Part shown: piece by piece, positions 40,505-53,600 of the stretch | Position numbering within the stretch: position 1 is the stretch's first letter | How the letters are laid out: each line of letters starts with the position of its first letter | Source of the DNA: Trichosphaerium sp. ATCC 40318 | Taxonomy: Eukaryota; Protista; Tubulinea | Assembly: GCA_038496445.1 (NCBI GenBank) | Contig: JALMLS010000461.1 | Span: forward strand, 124,001 to 188,000 | Direction: 5' to 3' | Length of the DNA stretch: 64,000 bases | Position numbers and translations under genes: made by a program | Notes under the pieces: generated by a model | Databases searched by the model: none | Told to the model about the DNA's origin: nothing | What the model saw: the letters and a program-made list of their open reading frames with translations, nothing else

Positions 40505-41734
40505 CACTGTCGCCCAGACTTATCATAGTACACTTTTTATAGCTTTGTATAAACAAACAAACAGAATAAATGAAAACAAAATTAGTCATAATGTTTGTGT
40601 TTCTTGCACGTGCTCCTAAAAAACGAGTCACCAAAATTAATAATATGAGATGGACATCATAAATTATGTTCACAGAAAAGCAGATAGCTATGTTTCATTT
40701 AGTGTTATTAATTAGCCTTCAGTTAATACTGTCAAGAATATTTATTTTGTCATGTGTCACAATTGTCAATGTAATAACGTTTAAAGCAATACAATCACTA
40801 GAAATACTCTCAGTCAGTTGAATTGTTTGCATTATCATCATAAGATCAACAAATATCGGAACCTAAAGTTTGGGTTGTTCGTTTTAAAGTCTTCAATGAT
40901 ACCAATACGATCTTCAATATCCTTGGGTATATGATAACATACTTCGTTACCCGACAACTTCCACCCATCTGAAGCATGTGCTTCTAAATGTGATAGTTGT
41001 CTAAAAAACGAACGAAACAAGTCTCAATTTCTTGTAATTTTCTCAAAACGCAAAGAACCTCCTGATCACTATAAAGGTACAATCAAAAAGCCACTACGAA
41101 AGTAACTGTCATTCGAAAAAGCCCTAAAAATGGAACCTTCTGTAGTTTTTGAGTTTGATTTTTTAGTCGAGATACCTATTCAATGAATGTATCAGCACTA
41201 GATATGAGGAACATATGTCTACAAAAGTTTGAATCAACTGCTTTTGTTAGCTATTAGTTTTTATCATGTGATGCGCCGTGAAATATAGATTGTTAGTTGG
41301 TACATTGACATATGGTAAGACGGGACACAAACAACTTATGGTTGTGCATCTCAAGAGAAGAATGTTTTTGTTCTAAAGACCTTTGTTCATTACAAAAAAA
41401 AAAAGTTGTGTAGGTTGTATGTGAAGTATTAGAAGGAAAATCCTCTCGTTACAGTGCTAGTATTTTGCTAGCATTATAAACGACCCACGAGCTAGAAAGG
41501 TAGTGAGATGTTGTTGCTTCTTGTTTACCACGGCAACAACCAACTCAATCTGTTTTTTTAAGCCCTGAACCAGCATGCGTTATCATTAAACTGATCGTTT
41601 ATTACAAGGGTGTCCACTTGTAATATGTTATAAGTGAAGTATTAATTAAAGTAAAAAAACAAAAAACAATCTAAGTAACTTTATACAACGCAAATCTTAA
41701 ATGAACTTATTGTCTCTTAAACAAATAAACAGTC

Positions 41735-43579
41735 TTAGATGTCATCATCAGGTATTACTAAGTCATCATCTGGTTCAATATGTTCAACCATAAGTGATTT
41801 AAACTCTCCATTTTCACAACAACCATATCTTGATAAAGTGCCATCTTCAAGCCACTCCTTATATTCACCTTTACGTTCACCATCTTCAAAGAAACAATGT
41901 AAACTTAACTGCCCATTAGGATGCCACTCTCTGCATTCACCATGTTGAATACCATTAACATAATTAGAATGCTCATTAAGCTGTCCATTCTCGTACCAAT
42001 CTTTATAAGAATCAACACGTTTATCATCTTCAAAGTAACATACAAGACTTATAACACCATTACCAAACCATTCCATACATTTTCCATTCTTTTTACCATC
42101 AACATAAATAGTATGTTCCTTCAACTGACCGTTCTCATGCCATAGTTTATAATCACCAACATGTTTTCCTTTAGAAAAATTTCCAAGAAAACTTCTTTGT
42201 CCGTTATCAAACCACTCCTCACATTTACCTTCTTGTAATCCGTTAATATTAAAAGTATGTTCTTTAAGCTGCCCATTAGTATGCCACTCATTATAAACGC
42301 CATCAGCTTCACCGTTGATGTAATTTCCCAAAGTAGAAAGTTGACCATTTTCATACCATTCCTTGTACTCTTTTGTGTGTTTACCGTCTTTATAATAACA
42401 TAATAAACTCTGAACACCATTTCTATGCCATTCTTTACATATACCTTGCTTAACACCTTGAACAAAAATAGTACGTTCACGTATTTGACCATTATCATGC
42501 CAAACTTTTTTTTCACTATTTCTTTTTCCTTTATCATAAGTACAATGAACATGAAGTTCTCCATTTGGATGCCACGCTCTCTCTTCTCCATGCATAACAC
42601 CTTCTTTAAAATAACTATGATCCTTCAACTCACCATTATCATACCACTCCTTATAATCGCCGTCTTTTTTGTCATTCTTAAAGAAACAAACTAAACTCAA
42701 CTGTCCGTTTTCATGCCACTCCCTGCTTTCTCCTTCAAATTTATCATCTTTATAGAAACTTAACTCTTTCAATTCGCCATTCTCATACCACTCTTTATAC
42801 TCTCCATCTGATTTACCATCTTTATAATTAACAAGTACAGCTTGTTGTCCGTTATCATGCCACTCTTTATACTCACCAACATGTTTACCATTTTCGAAAA
42901 AGCAAATCAGATTTAACTTCCCGTTCATATGCCACTCTTCACATTTACCATGTTTTTTACCTTCCTTGTAATTATTACGTTCTGATAATTGTTTATTACG
43001 ATACCAATCCCAATAACCATCCACGTGGACGTCATTTTCAAAAAAACAAAGTAAACTCGGAGATCCGTCTTCATACCACTCCTCACACTTTCCGCTTCTT
43101 TTACCATCCTTAAATGACTTTCGTTCACACATTGTACCATCCTCGAACCATTCAATATGTTCTCCATTAGCTTTACCGTTCTTAAACCATAAACTCGCTT
43201 TAAGTACACCAGATTCATACCATTTGTACCACTTTCCTTCCTTATCAAGGTTTTTATTAAAATGTGTTGCGAGAGCAGACGTTTTTGATAGAGAAGGCCA
43301 TGAAGTGAATGATTTTATGTTATATGTACATATAACCTTTTGTATATCAGATGGTAACTGTAATAACGTCCATGGAGGCTTTTCTAGTTTTAAAAATTAA
43401 CGTTTAGATTCTATTGACACCGTTTCGTTATAAAATCGATTAGAAAGGTAATAAAACACCAGGATAAGATGTTTTAGACGGTTTATACCGTTTATTTTTA
43501 GTTAATTCAATTGTTCTAACGAGAAAACAAACTTACGTGTATCGCCGGTGTTCTTGCGTTTTGCTGGAGGCGACTTCAT
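41735..43579 (-). CDS. F-box-like + MORN-variant (YwqK-type) repeat protein
   Basis: Exon 1 MKSPPAKRKNTGDT, one intron (43385-43536), then LLQLPSDIQKVI and ~20 uninterrupted 24-aa G.YKEW.eNGQL repeats. Confidence 0.85.
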
Positions 43580-43986
43580 TTATCGATTTTAATGCGTAGC
43601 TGTTACGAACACATCTAGCGTAAACTCACGAAAAGCCCGGTCAACGCTATTCCAAGAACTCAAGCTTTCCCTAAACTTTATACTACGACCATGCCATAAC
43701 AATGGTGTGACTGATAAGTTTTTTTCAGCCTTGCTCGTGCACCAGCTATCAATATTTTACCGCAACCTGGTCACTCAACTAAACGTGATGTTCCAAACAT
43801 TATATCGCTACATGTAAACGCCTATCAACACGGTAACAAGAATTTACAACCAACAAGGATCGTTTGCTCAGGAGTGATTTTATCAGGCGACTCACGATGA
43901 TTGAATAGCCTCTGACAGCGTCTATTTTGCATTTACATATTGTTACTAAATCACCCGCAAACACAAAAAAAAAACTGGTACTCTTT

Positions 43987-45942
43987 TTAATTTTTCTTTC
44001 TTGGCTCAGCCTTCAGAGATAAATTGTACAAATCGTTATCATCCATCGTAACCTTCCATCCCGTTATGAATGATTTAATCCAAGGGATAGATTTAAATCC
44101 ATAGCAAGGTTTTAAATTGCTGTTAAATCTTCCAACAATCTTGACTAACATTGAATTCTTGTGCAAATTAAAAAATGGTTTCTGTGACGAATTGCCATCT
44201 CTAATAAATGTGAAGTCTGTCATATAAAAACCAATATAAGGCACTTGCGGTAGACCTGTGATAGAGTGATCTCTACAGTAAGTGAGTACAACAGAATACA
44301 ATACAAAAGGTTATGAATGAAATAGAAAAAAAAAACATACAGGCAAAATCTGCGAAGCTTTACGAATGAACCGTTTGAACTTAGCTGTTCTGAAACGCTA
44401 TCATACACTTTCATAGTAGACTTTGATATCTAAGATTAAAATATAAACAACAGAGCGGTGGGCAAAAGGGAAAGTATGAAATCTTTTGGTGTACCTTCGC
44501 CCATGACACTTTCAATCTAAAAACTGGTGTGGTTTTGATGCCACTTATTATGGCCGTAGCATCTAATGTGTTTCCCAAAGATAACAGCTGTTCGGCAAGT
44601 CTGATAAAATATGATATTCTGGAAGCACGGATCTTAGCGCTTTCGCCTGATAAAACAGACTGAGGAACAAGTCCATGATGCTACCCAAAAATTATTTCAG
44701 ACCAAAAAAAAAAAAAAAGTTGCAAGATATTGTTTCCCTGCTGTCTTACCAAGTTAAATTTATTGATTAGTTTTTGCATTGAAGGATTTGTATTATAGGC
44801 AGCATCAATACAAGAACTTTCTCTCATTCTGTATATAAATAGATTAGAACAATTAACTTTTGTTCAAAAAAAGTCAGCCTACTTACAGTTCATGTGACAT
44901 AAGTGTTAACTCAATAGCTATTTCTCTTTCTGGTATCCCCCATAGTATATCAGTCTGCTTAACGTTTTTCTTGCGTTTTAAAAGCTTTGCTTGGGAAACG
45001 GTTGAATAACGGAATCCATGAAAGCAAAATGTTGACAGCGGTAGCTAAAAATAACTATTAAGGTTACCAACTTAAGTACATTGCTCTGAGGTTTTACCTT
45101 ATTTTCAAGCGCCCTTTTACACCTATCAGAGAATGCTTCTGTTAAGATTTTATAGTGTTCTGGTGATAGCACTGCAAGAGAAGATTCAAATTCTGGTGCA
45201 AAATTCTGGGACTTAACAATGTCATCACAAAGTGGCACGTGAGATAAAACATATGCCAAAAACTGAATTATTCTATAACATGTTGTTCTTAGTTTCTAAA
45301 CGTCCAAACTATAGATTAAACGGTACCTGTGAGCATCAATACTTTTGGGTTTTTGTTTGTATGTTGACATTAACTCCTTAATGAGTTGAGGTCCAAAGCC
45401 TTCAGAGAACAGATCTCCAGCTGCTATTGCCAGGAACTCGCCTAAGATGATGGAAATTGATATAATGATATGTTTGTTGTATTACTAGAGAACGTACTTG
45501 AAAGGTCATACTTGACTGTTTTAAGGCATAAGTTTGAAACATCTTCACATCTTACAAACTTTGTGTTGTGACATATCAATTTAACATAACCTTTAATAGT
45601 ACAGGCTCGTATTTGCTCGATTGTGAAAGGTCCTTTGCAATTCTCTGATTTTTGAGTAAATTTAATCTCTTTACATGATCGTATGTCATTGTATAGTAAC
45701 TACAATACAAGATTAATATGAAAAGATATTAACACCTTCTGAACCAAAAAAAAAATTAAAAAAATTTCACGTGTCAACACCCACACCCGACTAGCGTAGA
45801 AGTAGGTGCATTTTTTGTTTTTTTCCATATATAGTATTGCTACGGTTATAGTTGTTCTTTTCCGAAAGTTGATAATGGTCGAAAAAAAAGGAAGTTTGAT
45901 TGAAATTTCTTGATATTTTTGACCTAAAAGGGCGCACTGCAT
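43987..45942 (-). CDS. RasGEF (REM + CDC25 domain); start uncertain
   Basis: IAIELTL, MQKLINKFN, RISYFIRLAE..GN, PVFRLKVSW, PQVPYIGFYMTDFTFIRDGN, LYNLSLKAEPR. Confidence 0.9.
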
Positions 45943-46835
45943 CTATTTGAAGATAATTCAAAAGAAAGCTCTCAGTAGGTTCAATTAGTGCACGTCCAAG
46001 CGAAATCCATGTGACAAGACTAGTTTCGATCATGTTACATGCTAACACGGGATTTAAGTTTTTTCTGTTTACAGAAACGCTGTAGACGCACCCTTTGAAT
46101 AGTCGACGCCGTTTTTAGCTAGCAGAGGCTTTTTCCATGTGTTTGGTAATTGAATTACTTCGCACCAAGCCCTTGAGACCTAAATATGGTTAAACACAAT
46201 ACAATAAGCATGCTGCTAACCCTGGTACAAGCGTTACATAGATATTGTGGAGAAAGGTTTAAAAATACGTGTTGAAGTATCTCGTAGGGCAGAAGATCTA
46301 TTGAACTCATTGTAAAGCGTTCTTATCGTTTTGTTACTGAAGAGGTTTGGTACAATAGTATGCTTTATGGGTTTAAGAGAAACCAGTAAGTGTACAGGCG
46401 TTAAAGGTACTATTTCTGACTATTTTGGTTATTTGGATTCAATGAAAAGTTATTCTTACATCTAACACCTTTTGCGTCAAACTAGTAACTTGATGTCACT
46501 GCTTACCGATACCTCGATGGATGATTGGTATACTCAAGCAGCTGCAAATTGTGAATATAAAGCACTGCTTTATTTTTGGAGCTCAGAAATGAAGCTACTT
46601 AGCCGTCTATTGTGAGCGACAAAAGATTTTATCTGATCGGTTAATCAATTCTAAACAAAGTGGATGGCTAGAAAAAATTATCTCTAGTAGAGAGCATATC
46701 GTTAAGTTCTAGTTTCGGAAATTTGAGTTGTTTTTTATTTTTCATTTCTTTTACAATTACGAGGTATATTACCAGCAAACAAGGGGGGAAAATTATACAA
46801 CAGCACTGGACAATATTATTGTTTAATTTATGCTA

Positions 46836-49800
46836 TTATGAGAACGTAGTAGTGCGGCTGCGAGCCAATAATTCACTAAAGGCTTCCTTGGCACATCGTT
46901 TCAAATCTTTATAACTAAAAAAAACAAAAGAATCAGCAAGTGTTTCCAAGTGGAAAGAAAGAACCTAACAAAAAAAATACACGTGGTAACGATTTGAACA
47001 AATTGAACAAATTGTACAATAATGAGAGCCTCTTGAGATGTTTTTCTGAAAAAAATAAAACTCATTGACTATTAAAAAAATCTGAAAAAAAAATTCAAAA
47101 AGTCTTCCAGGCGTTAAAAAGAAATTGTACAGTGAGTATGGTTTGGTTGAATTAAACTTCAATAGAAATAATACGTACGTTACTACTAACATTGATTTTT
47201 CGTTCCTACTCATTAATAATAACCTTTCATTTGATCCAGTATCCAACTACATTTTGTTGTAAGTAACAAGCAACCCACAAAACAACAAAGAATGTACATA
47301 CCTTATTTAGACATTCTACTACATGAGCAAAATCGATAACTGGATTTCCGTCTTCATACACCTTTTGACGAAACATAAGATACAAAACAGAACGCGCAGT
47401 ACAACAAAAAAAAAACCATCATTGTCATTCCAACAAAACTTACTTGATGAAAGGTGTAGTCTCTGAATAACTTTAACAAGTATCTATCTCCATTCTCAGA
47501 CCAATTAGGAGAGATATCATTCCTAAAGAATAATGATAAATATCAATCCAACCTGGTAAACAACGTACTCTGGTCGCTCGTTAATAAACCCAAGTTTTAC
47601 TAACAAACGGAACAACCGCCCATTCTCAAGTTCCTTAGATAACTCAGACTCTAACATATCTGTATAACTAAACCTTAGAGTTAGTTCTCTTTTTTTTCAT
47701 AGTACTCCAAGTAAGTTGTGACGTACTCCCATTGACGATCAAACTGAGTGACAACTTTATCAGAAATCAAAGTAAATATTTGACCAACTGTTTGATACTG
47801 TCCTTTCTTCCCAAGCAACGTGACAACCAAAGCACGCAAATCTTTACTGTATTTATTACCCATTTGACTAAGTGAAGCTTGTAGGTTCTTCATAGCCATT
47901 TTATTCTTGCATGAAAGCATAACAATCAAACGACCAAGTAGCATTAAATCTTCAGTCTACAAAAAAAATTATGATCAAAAAAAAAATCGAAAAAAAAACA
48001 TACTTGTGCTTGATCGAGGTTACGCCGCGTATCAGGATTTAAAACATCATCCATACCCACACAATTAATGCGTACTCTGAGTAAAGTTAAGTTATTTTTA
48101 CAAGGCAGAGAATAAACACCAAAAATCATGCTGGTTTTTTTGTAACACGTGGATTTTAGTGTACCTGTTTTTGGACGTCTCTATTATCTTTGAAGGATCA
48201 ATTATTCTACATGATAATCCATTACTATGAATCACACGTAAAGCAGAACAGATTTGAATTATTATAGTCCATAAAGTATCTTCCGAAATGTCTTGGGCAG
48301 CATCAATATACTTTGCCTCTAACGTTGTAGCGCCAGGATGATAGTCATAGGAGAAAAACAAACCTAGAAGAAAGCACAATTAGCAATAGAATACACGAGT
48401 ATGTAATATGAGGTGTTAATGAAAACACGTGAGAATCACGTGTAAAACGCTAAACTTAGAACACAGAAAAATGTTATTCTGGAAAACGAGAAAAATAAAG
48501 AGAACGTACAATTAATATTATCAAACGCAGAGCTCATAAAAACATCACGTAAAGTAACAATATTTGGATGTCTCATAGACTTCCACAAGCTTACTATTGA
48601 TTGAGGATACGAAGATGGATTAGTAGGCCTACAAATGCATATATTAGTAATCGTTTCATCGAATGACACTGTACCTGTAATTACTAACTTTTCTTATAAC
48701 GTAAGGTAGCCCATCTGCTTGTGAAATACATTTATATACAGACGAAGGTGATCCAAAGACCTTTGATGGAAAGTCACGGTTCACTTCGAGTGGATACAAG
48801 CTGTGGTAACGGTGAACCACCTTTGGGTACATTTTTGAAATTGGATCTAAAACAAATTGTTAGTAATCATTAATGGCAATAAGATGGCAATAAGAGAGTA
48901 TTTGTAACATACCTTCAGGGTTACTACCTTGAAGAATTAAAGAAGTACGATGATGCAACCGCTCTCGCAACCCCTCGTTAATGAAGAACGACTGAATAGA
49001 TCGCTGAGCAGCCGGAATATTTGAAACATGAGGTAAAGTTGTAGGCAGTGTGCTTGGTACAGGCTGCTGCTGACGCTGGCGGTGCTATGCGTATTAGTTC
49101 AATTCAGACGCAGTGTCAATAAATAAAATAAAAATTAGCTTACCTGAGGCATCATATTTTGGTGGTTGTAACCATTTACTACGAAGTGTAAGAAGATGTT
49201 ATTGTTGTGAAAAAAATATTGAAAAGTAAAGAACTATTCCGCTGTTTTTTGCATACCATGTTGTTGATCTTGACCCCGATAATTATATTGAGGGTATACA
49301 GTTCTTTTAGGAGAGCCTATTAAAGTAATAAGAGGGTTTAATTACGCTAATTAACTTGATGAAATTCCGTTAAAAAAAGAAACACAATTAAATTAAAATT
49401 GTGAAACGCACTTGGTAGAGAACGGAATCCTTCTTTATATCCTTGCCTACTATTCTGTGCACTTGATGGTGATGGTGTAAAACCAGTAGGTTTTGGTGCC
49501 CATGGGTAAGTACGAGGGACAGGCGATGGCGTGCTTTTCGCTAAACAACGATGTAAGTCAAACAAAAAGAGGAAATGATTTTTGAATGAAAAAACAAAAA
49601 AGGAGCGTAATTGCAAGTCTATAAAATTTCTTTCAAACGTTTTTGTTTGTTTCAAATGCGTGGTCAGTAGAGAATATATAAAACGTCTTTCTGAAGAAAA
49701 TTGGTTGAATGGAGAATTTTACAAAATGATGAGAAAATAGCTTTCCGGAGTGCTTTGAGTGCGTTCGTAGCGGCTTGATGAGTTTTCAGTGGCGTTAAAC

Positions 49801-50250
49801 AGAAACGGTTGATGCGCAACTGATACCGAGAAATTCATTGCCTTGCTAATAACCACCTTGTTTGTAGCTGTTTAGCTCACTATAAAGGTGGTGCATAGAC
49901 GTTTAGTGGTTTTTTTTAGTTGTTGAAAATAAATTTGAGTTGTTTTAATGTTCTGGCACGCTCACCTGGTGATAGTTTTGGCTGCTGTGGAGGCGTGCGC
50001 TCTGGTTGCGGTTTAAAAGGTTCTGCATTTGTATTCCAAGCTACAGGCCTGTAGTCTTGCTTCCTTGGCTTAAATGCTGGAGATTGGGAGTTGAGTTGGC
50101 GTTTATTTTGCTGTTGCGAGCCTGGCACAAACTCCTTGCTAATGAATCGGTGAGCATCGCGTATTAGTGATTTGCGTGCATGTCTTGGACGTTAGTACGT
50201 GAGAGTTGAAGCCCAGCGGGCTTTGGCAAATTATTTTTTTCGCTGGACAT
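46836..50250 (-). CDS. PAN3: PAN2-PAN3 deadenylase subunit PAN3 (pseudokinase); exon-1 junction uncertain
   Basis: [84 protein letters not shown]2-like motifs. Confidence 0.95.
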
Positions 50251-50644
50251 AGCGTTGGAGAGCAGTCTTATTCGCCCTACGAATTAAATAAGGACGCACA
50301 AAACAATAATTCACCACAACGGCCCAAAAGAAACTGTAGCGTGTTAAACGCATTGAATTATATCAAATTAACTGAGTTGAGCGCTTTAAAAATGTCTGCA
50401 GCCCAACGACATTCAAAAATATCCAATTATACCTCAACGCTCTATTTCATCCAGAAGGTAGCCAGCGTTACTGATTTAATAGCGAACCGTTTAATTCCAC
50501 ACCCTAGAATTATTGCGGTGAAAACAAGCGTTGACTATTGCCGATAGTACAACCTTTCAGTACCACTCTGTGTGGTGTTTTATGGCTAATTGACGATACC
50601 AAACACTCATAATCAAATATTTCCAGCCCGCCAAATTTGCGAAC

Positions 50645-53600
50645 ATGCGAACTGTGGTACAGGGCGCCCAAAAGCACCGCAGCAAGAAAATTTTCGAGCC
50701 TACATCGTCAACAAACAATGTACAGCTCGAAGGCACTTCTGTGCATTGGACGCGCGGCTGTCGCGTCTATAAGCGCATGTCTATGCCTACACCAATTATA
50801 AGCGCGCTTTTTACCAGTTTTCAAAATGACACCGCAAACGTTGATTTATGCCTCCTTATGGACAGTAAGTACCGCGCCCACGCTATGACATTCAAAATAC
50901 CCATTGTACTTTAGAGCTCATCGTTGTCGCAAGCCATTCTGGACGCATACATCAAATTCCTCTGGATTTTGAAGTAGACAAGATATGGGTTATACCTACT
51001 GGTACGCCGCAAGCAGATTTTTTTTCTACTCTGCTTACACATTCACAAAAGGTATTGTATTGCATCGCGCAGGTGCTACAGATGGTATACCAGCGTTATA
51101 TTCGATGCTAAATCCTTTGGACATAATAAAACCAATAACACTTTCAGAAACAGGGAAAATCGCTCCTTATGATATACAGGCACGACAATCACTTTTCTGG
51201 AGTGGCAGGCTCACCTACCTTTTTTTTTTTGCCGCCGTATTTTGCTGAAAAAATTCTGCACTTGTCCGAAATCACGTGATAAATTGGTCACGTTACTTGT
51301 TGTTAGTTTATTTTTTGTACAACACTTTGTTTTTTTTGAAAGTTTTTTGGATTGTATTTTTTACAGTATTGATAGGTACTACATACAAGCCGTGTGGTCC
51401 CTTACATGATAACAAAAACCTCTTCTGGTCATATGGTATGGCGTTTGAAAAATACCGAAGCAGCTGATGGGTGGCGTACGCCAACTCTATTGTTGGAGCG
51501 AATATGTCAAGTTGAAACAGGAGCGGTTCCTTGCAGCAAGATATTCTATACTTGCACAGATAATTGTTTAACCGTATGGTTCCACTGGAAAGACTCTGTT
51601 ACTACCTCAGGAGTCATAGTTCAAGGTCTAGGTGACTCGGATGGAGACGTACAGGTATTTTTTTTCAATTTACAATCGTTGTGCTGACATTGCTAGAAAC
51701 GCGAATTTACTCTATCTAATGTTCGATGCCCTGTACCTATACACCATCCAGTAAGTCAAACATTTAATCTCAGAGTATCGCTCGGTGACTAACTGTTTGT
51801 GAAAGGGTGATGTTATGTATCTTGATCGTACAAAAGTAACTGACAAAGTTCACGATTCAGAATTGAATAGTGCTAATGATCCTTTACAAAGACTCCCTGG
51901 GCTTGTTTTATTTGCTGGAAAGGAATCTAATCACCTAGACTTATACGTTGGTTCTCAAAAGGTGCTAGAATCTAGAATAGACACCATACCAGTCAACACA
52001 ATAGCAAAAATGGAACAAGACTTTGGTTCTCAATTTTTCATCGAACAAGATAACGGCAAAGGATATACTGCCTTACTGACACGTGTTACGGGTACAGACA
52101 GTCTATTAAATAATATATTCGATGCTCTTAGGGCTACATTACCCACTAAAGACTACTATGACTTATTACATCGCTTCATGTCCTTCACAGAAGCTCCTGC
52201 TCAAAAAACTCAAGGACTGACACATTGGCAACAATTTCATTCGTTTTTGATTAATCTCACGTGTCCTACTGTATCTTTGAAGCCTTTAACAGATGACTAT
52301 ACATTTATAGAAGCTTATCAAGATAAGTATGCTTCTATTTATAAACACTTGAATTTGAACAATCCAAAACGAACAACTGATACAATTCTTTCTTCCTCAA
52401 AAGAAAGAGGTTCAAAGACAGATAACATCAATAACTCAACATTGGTTAAAAGCATACATTTTGCTCTACATATGCTTCTGGAAGCTTCTAAAATCAATAC
52501 TTTCTCGACAAAGTATATTTCTCCTCTTTGTCAGCTTCTAATGGAGGTATCTGTTCTTTGTGGGTGCGTCCTTTTGAGCTTTTTTTTTCGTACTTTTTTC
52601 TTCCGTTTATTTATGTTTTGGTATCAAGGTGGTCAAGTTATCAAGAACATTATTGGAGGGATATGAATGATAGATCTAGAAGTTTAGCTTGTGCTGCTAA
52701 AAGAAATGCAGTTGGTTCTGTCAGAATACAACCTCTTCATGAGGTACCTCCTAATATATTTGATTGGCTTTTGGATATATTAGAAGGTAGATACAAATCT
52801 TTTCCTCTTCCAACTTCAAACAAAGTTTCAGTATTTTCTTCTTTGAGGAAAGTCTGTCGTATATATCTCTTGTTAATGCAGCATACACCTTCTTCTGTGT
52901 TTGGTGGATTACCTACATCTATACCTTTGGTAGAAACAACAGCAGGTACTTGGTTTATTGTACAACAAAGTTTGTTTGTTAACTGTTTTTTATTTTAGCT
53001 TCGAAATATTTTCCTGTTGTTCTCGCTATGGTTGAAGAAGGGATGACGTTGAATGACCTAGATGTTTTACCATTTGGCATTTCTCTTCCTTTACTTGAAG
53101 CTATACATATTGTTGGTAATAATCCACCTGAAGGCGTAGCGTACTCTAAGGAGTTTTATTTCCTTATTCGGAGACATGATATTGGATTACGATATGTTAG
53201 TCCAAAGTACGTATTGTTTCTCTTGCTTTATTAAACCTTCTCGTCTGTTTACATACTCTAGAGAGTGGATGAGTCGTAAGACATCTGTAATGCCAAGAGA
53301 AATAGCTGAGGAAGATGTTGGTGAGGAAACATCAAGGAGTATAGCAACTACTTCTTATCATATTGTAAGTATGTGATGGGTTACGCTTTTTCTAATATGG
53401 AGCTTCTAGGAAGAGACTGTAACAAAGATGAGGTTCTCTCGTGATAAAAGATTAGATGCCGTTGATAGAATGATTGAGGCAACATCTATAATTCCTATTA
53501 AGCTTCCAGAACTTGGGTTATCTGACAATGACTATTTGGAGGTACAGTACTTTAACAAACAAAGGCTTTTTTATTATCATGGCTGTAGTATGCAACTTAT

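Noticed and set aside
40838-41020. 60-aa minus-strand ORF as a transposon or viral remnant
   Set aside because: No recognisable motif, terminal repeats or target-site duplication.
39769-43248. Antisense and alternate-frame ORFs over the LRR and MORN genes
   Set aside because: Shadows of repetitive coding sequence with no independent support.
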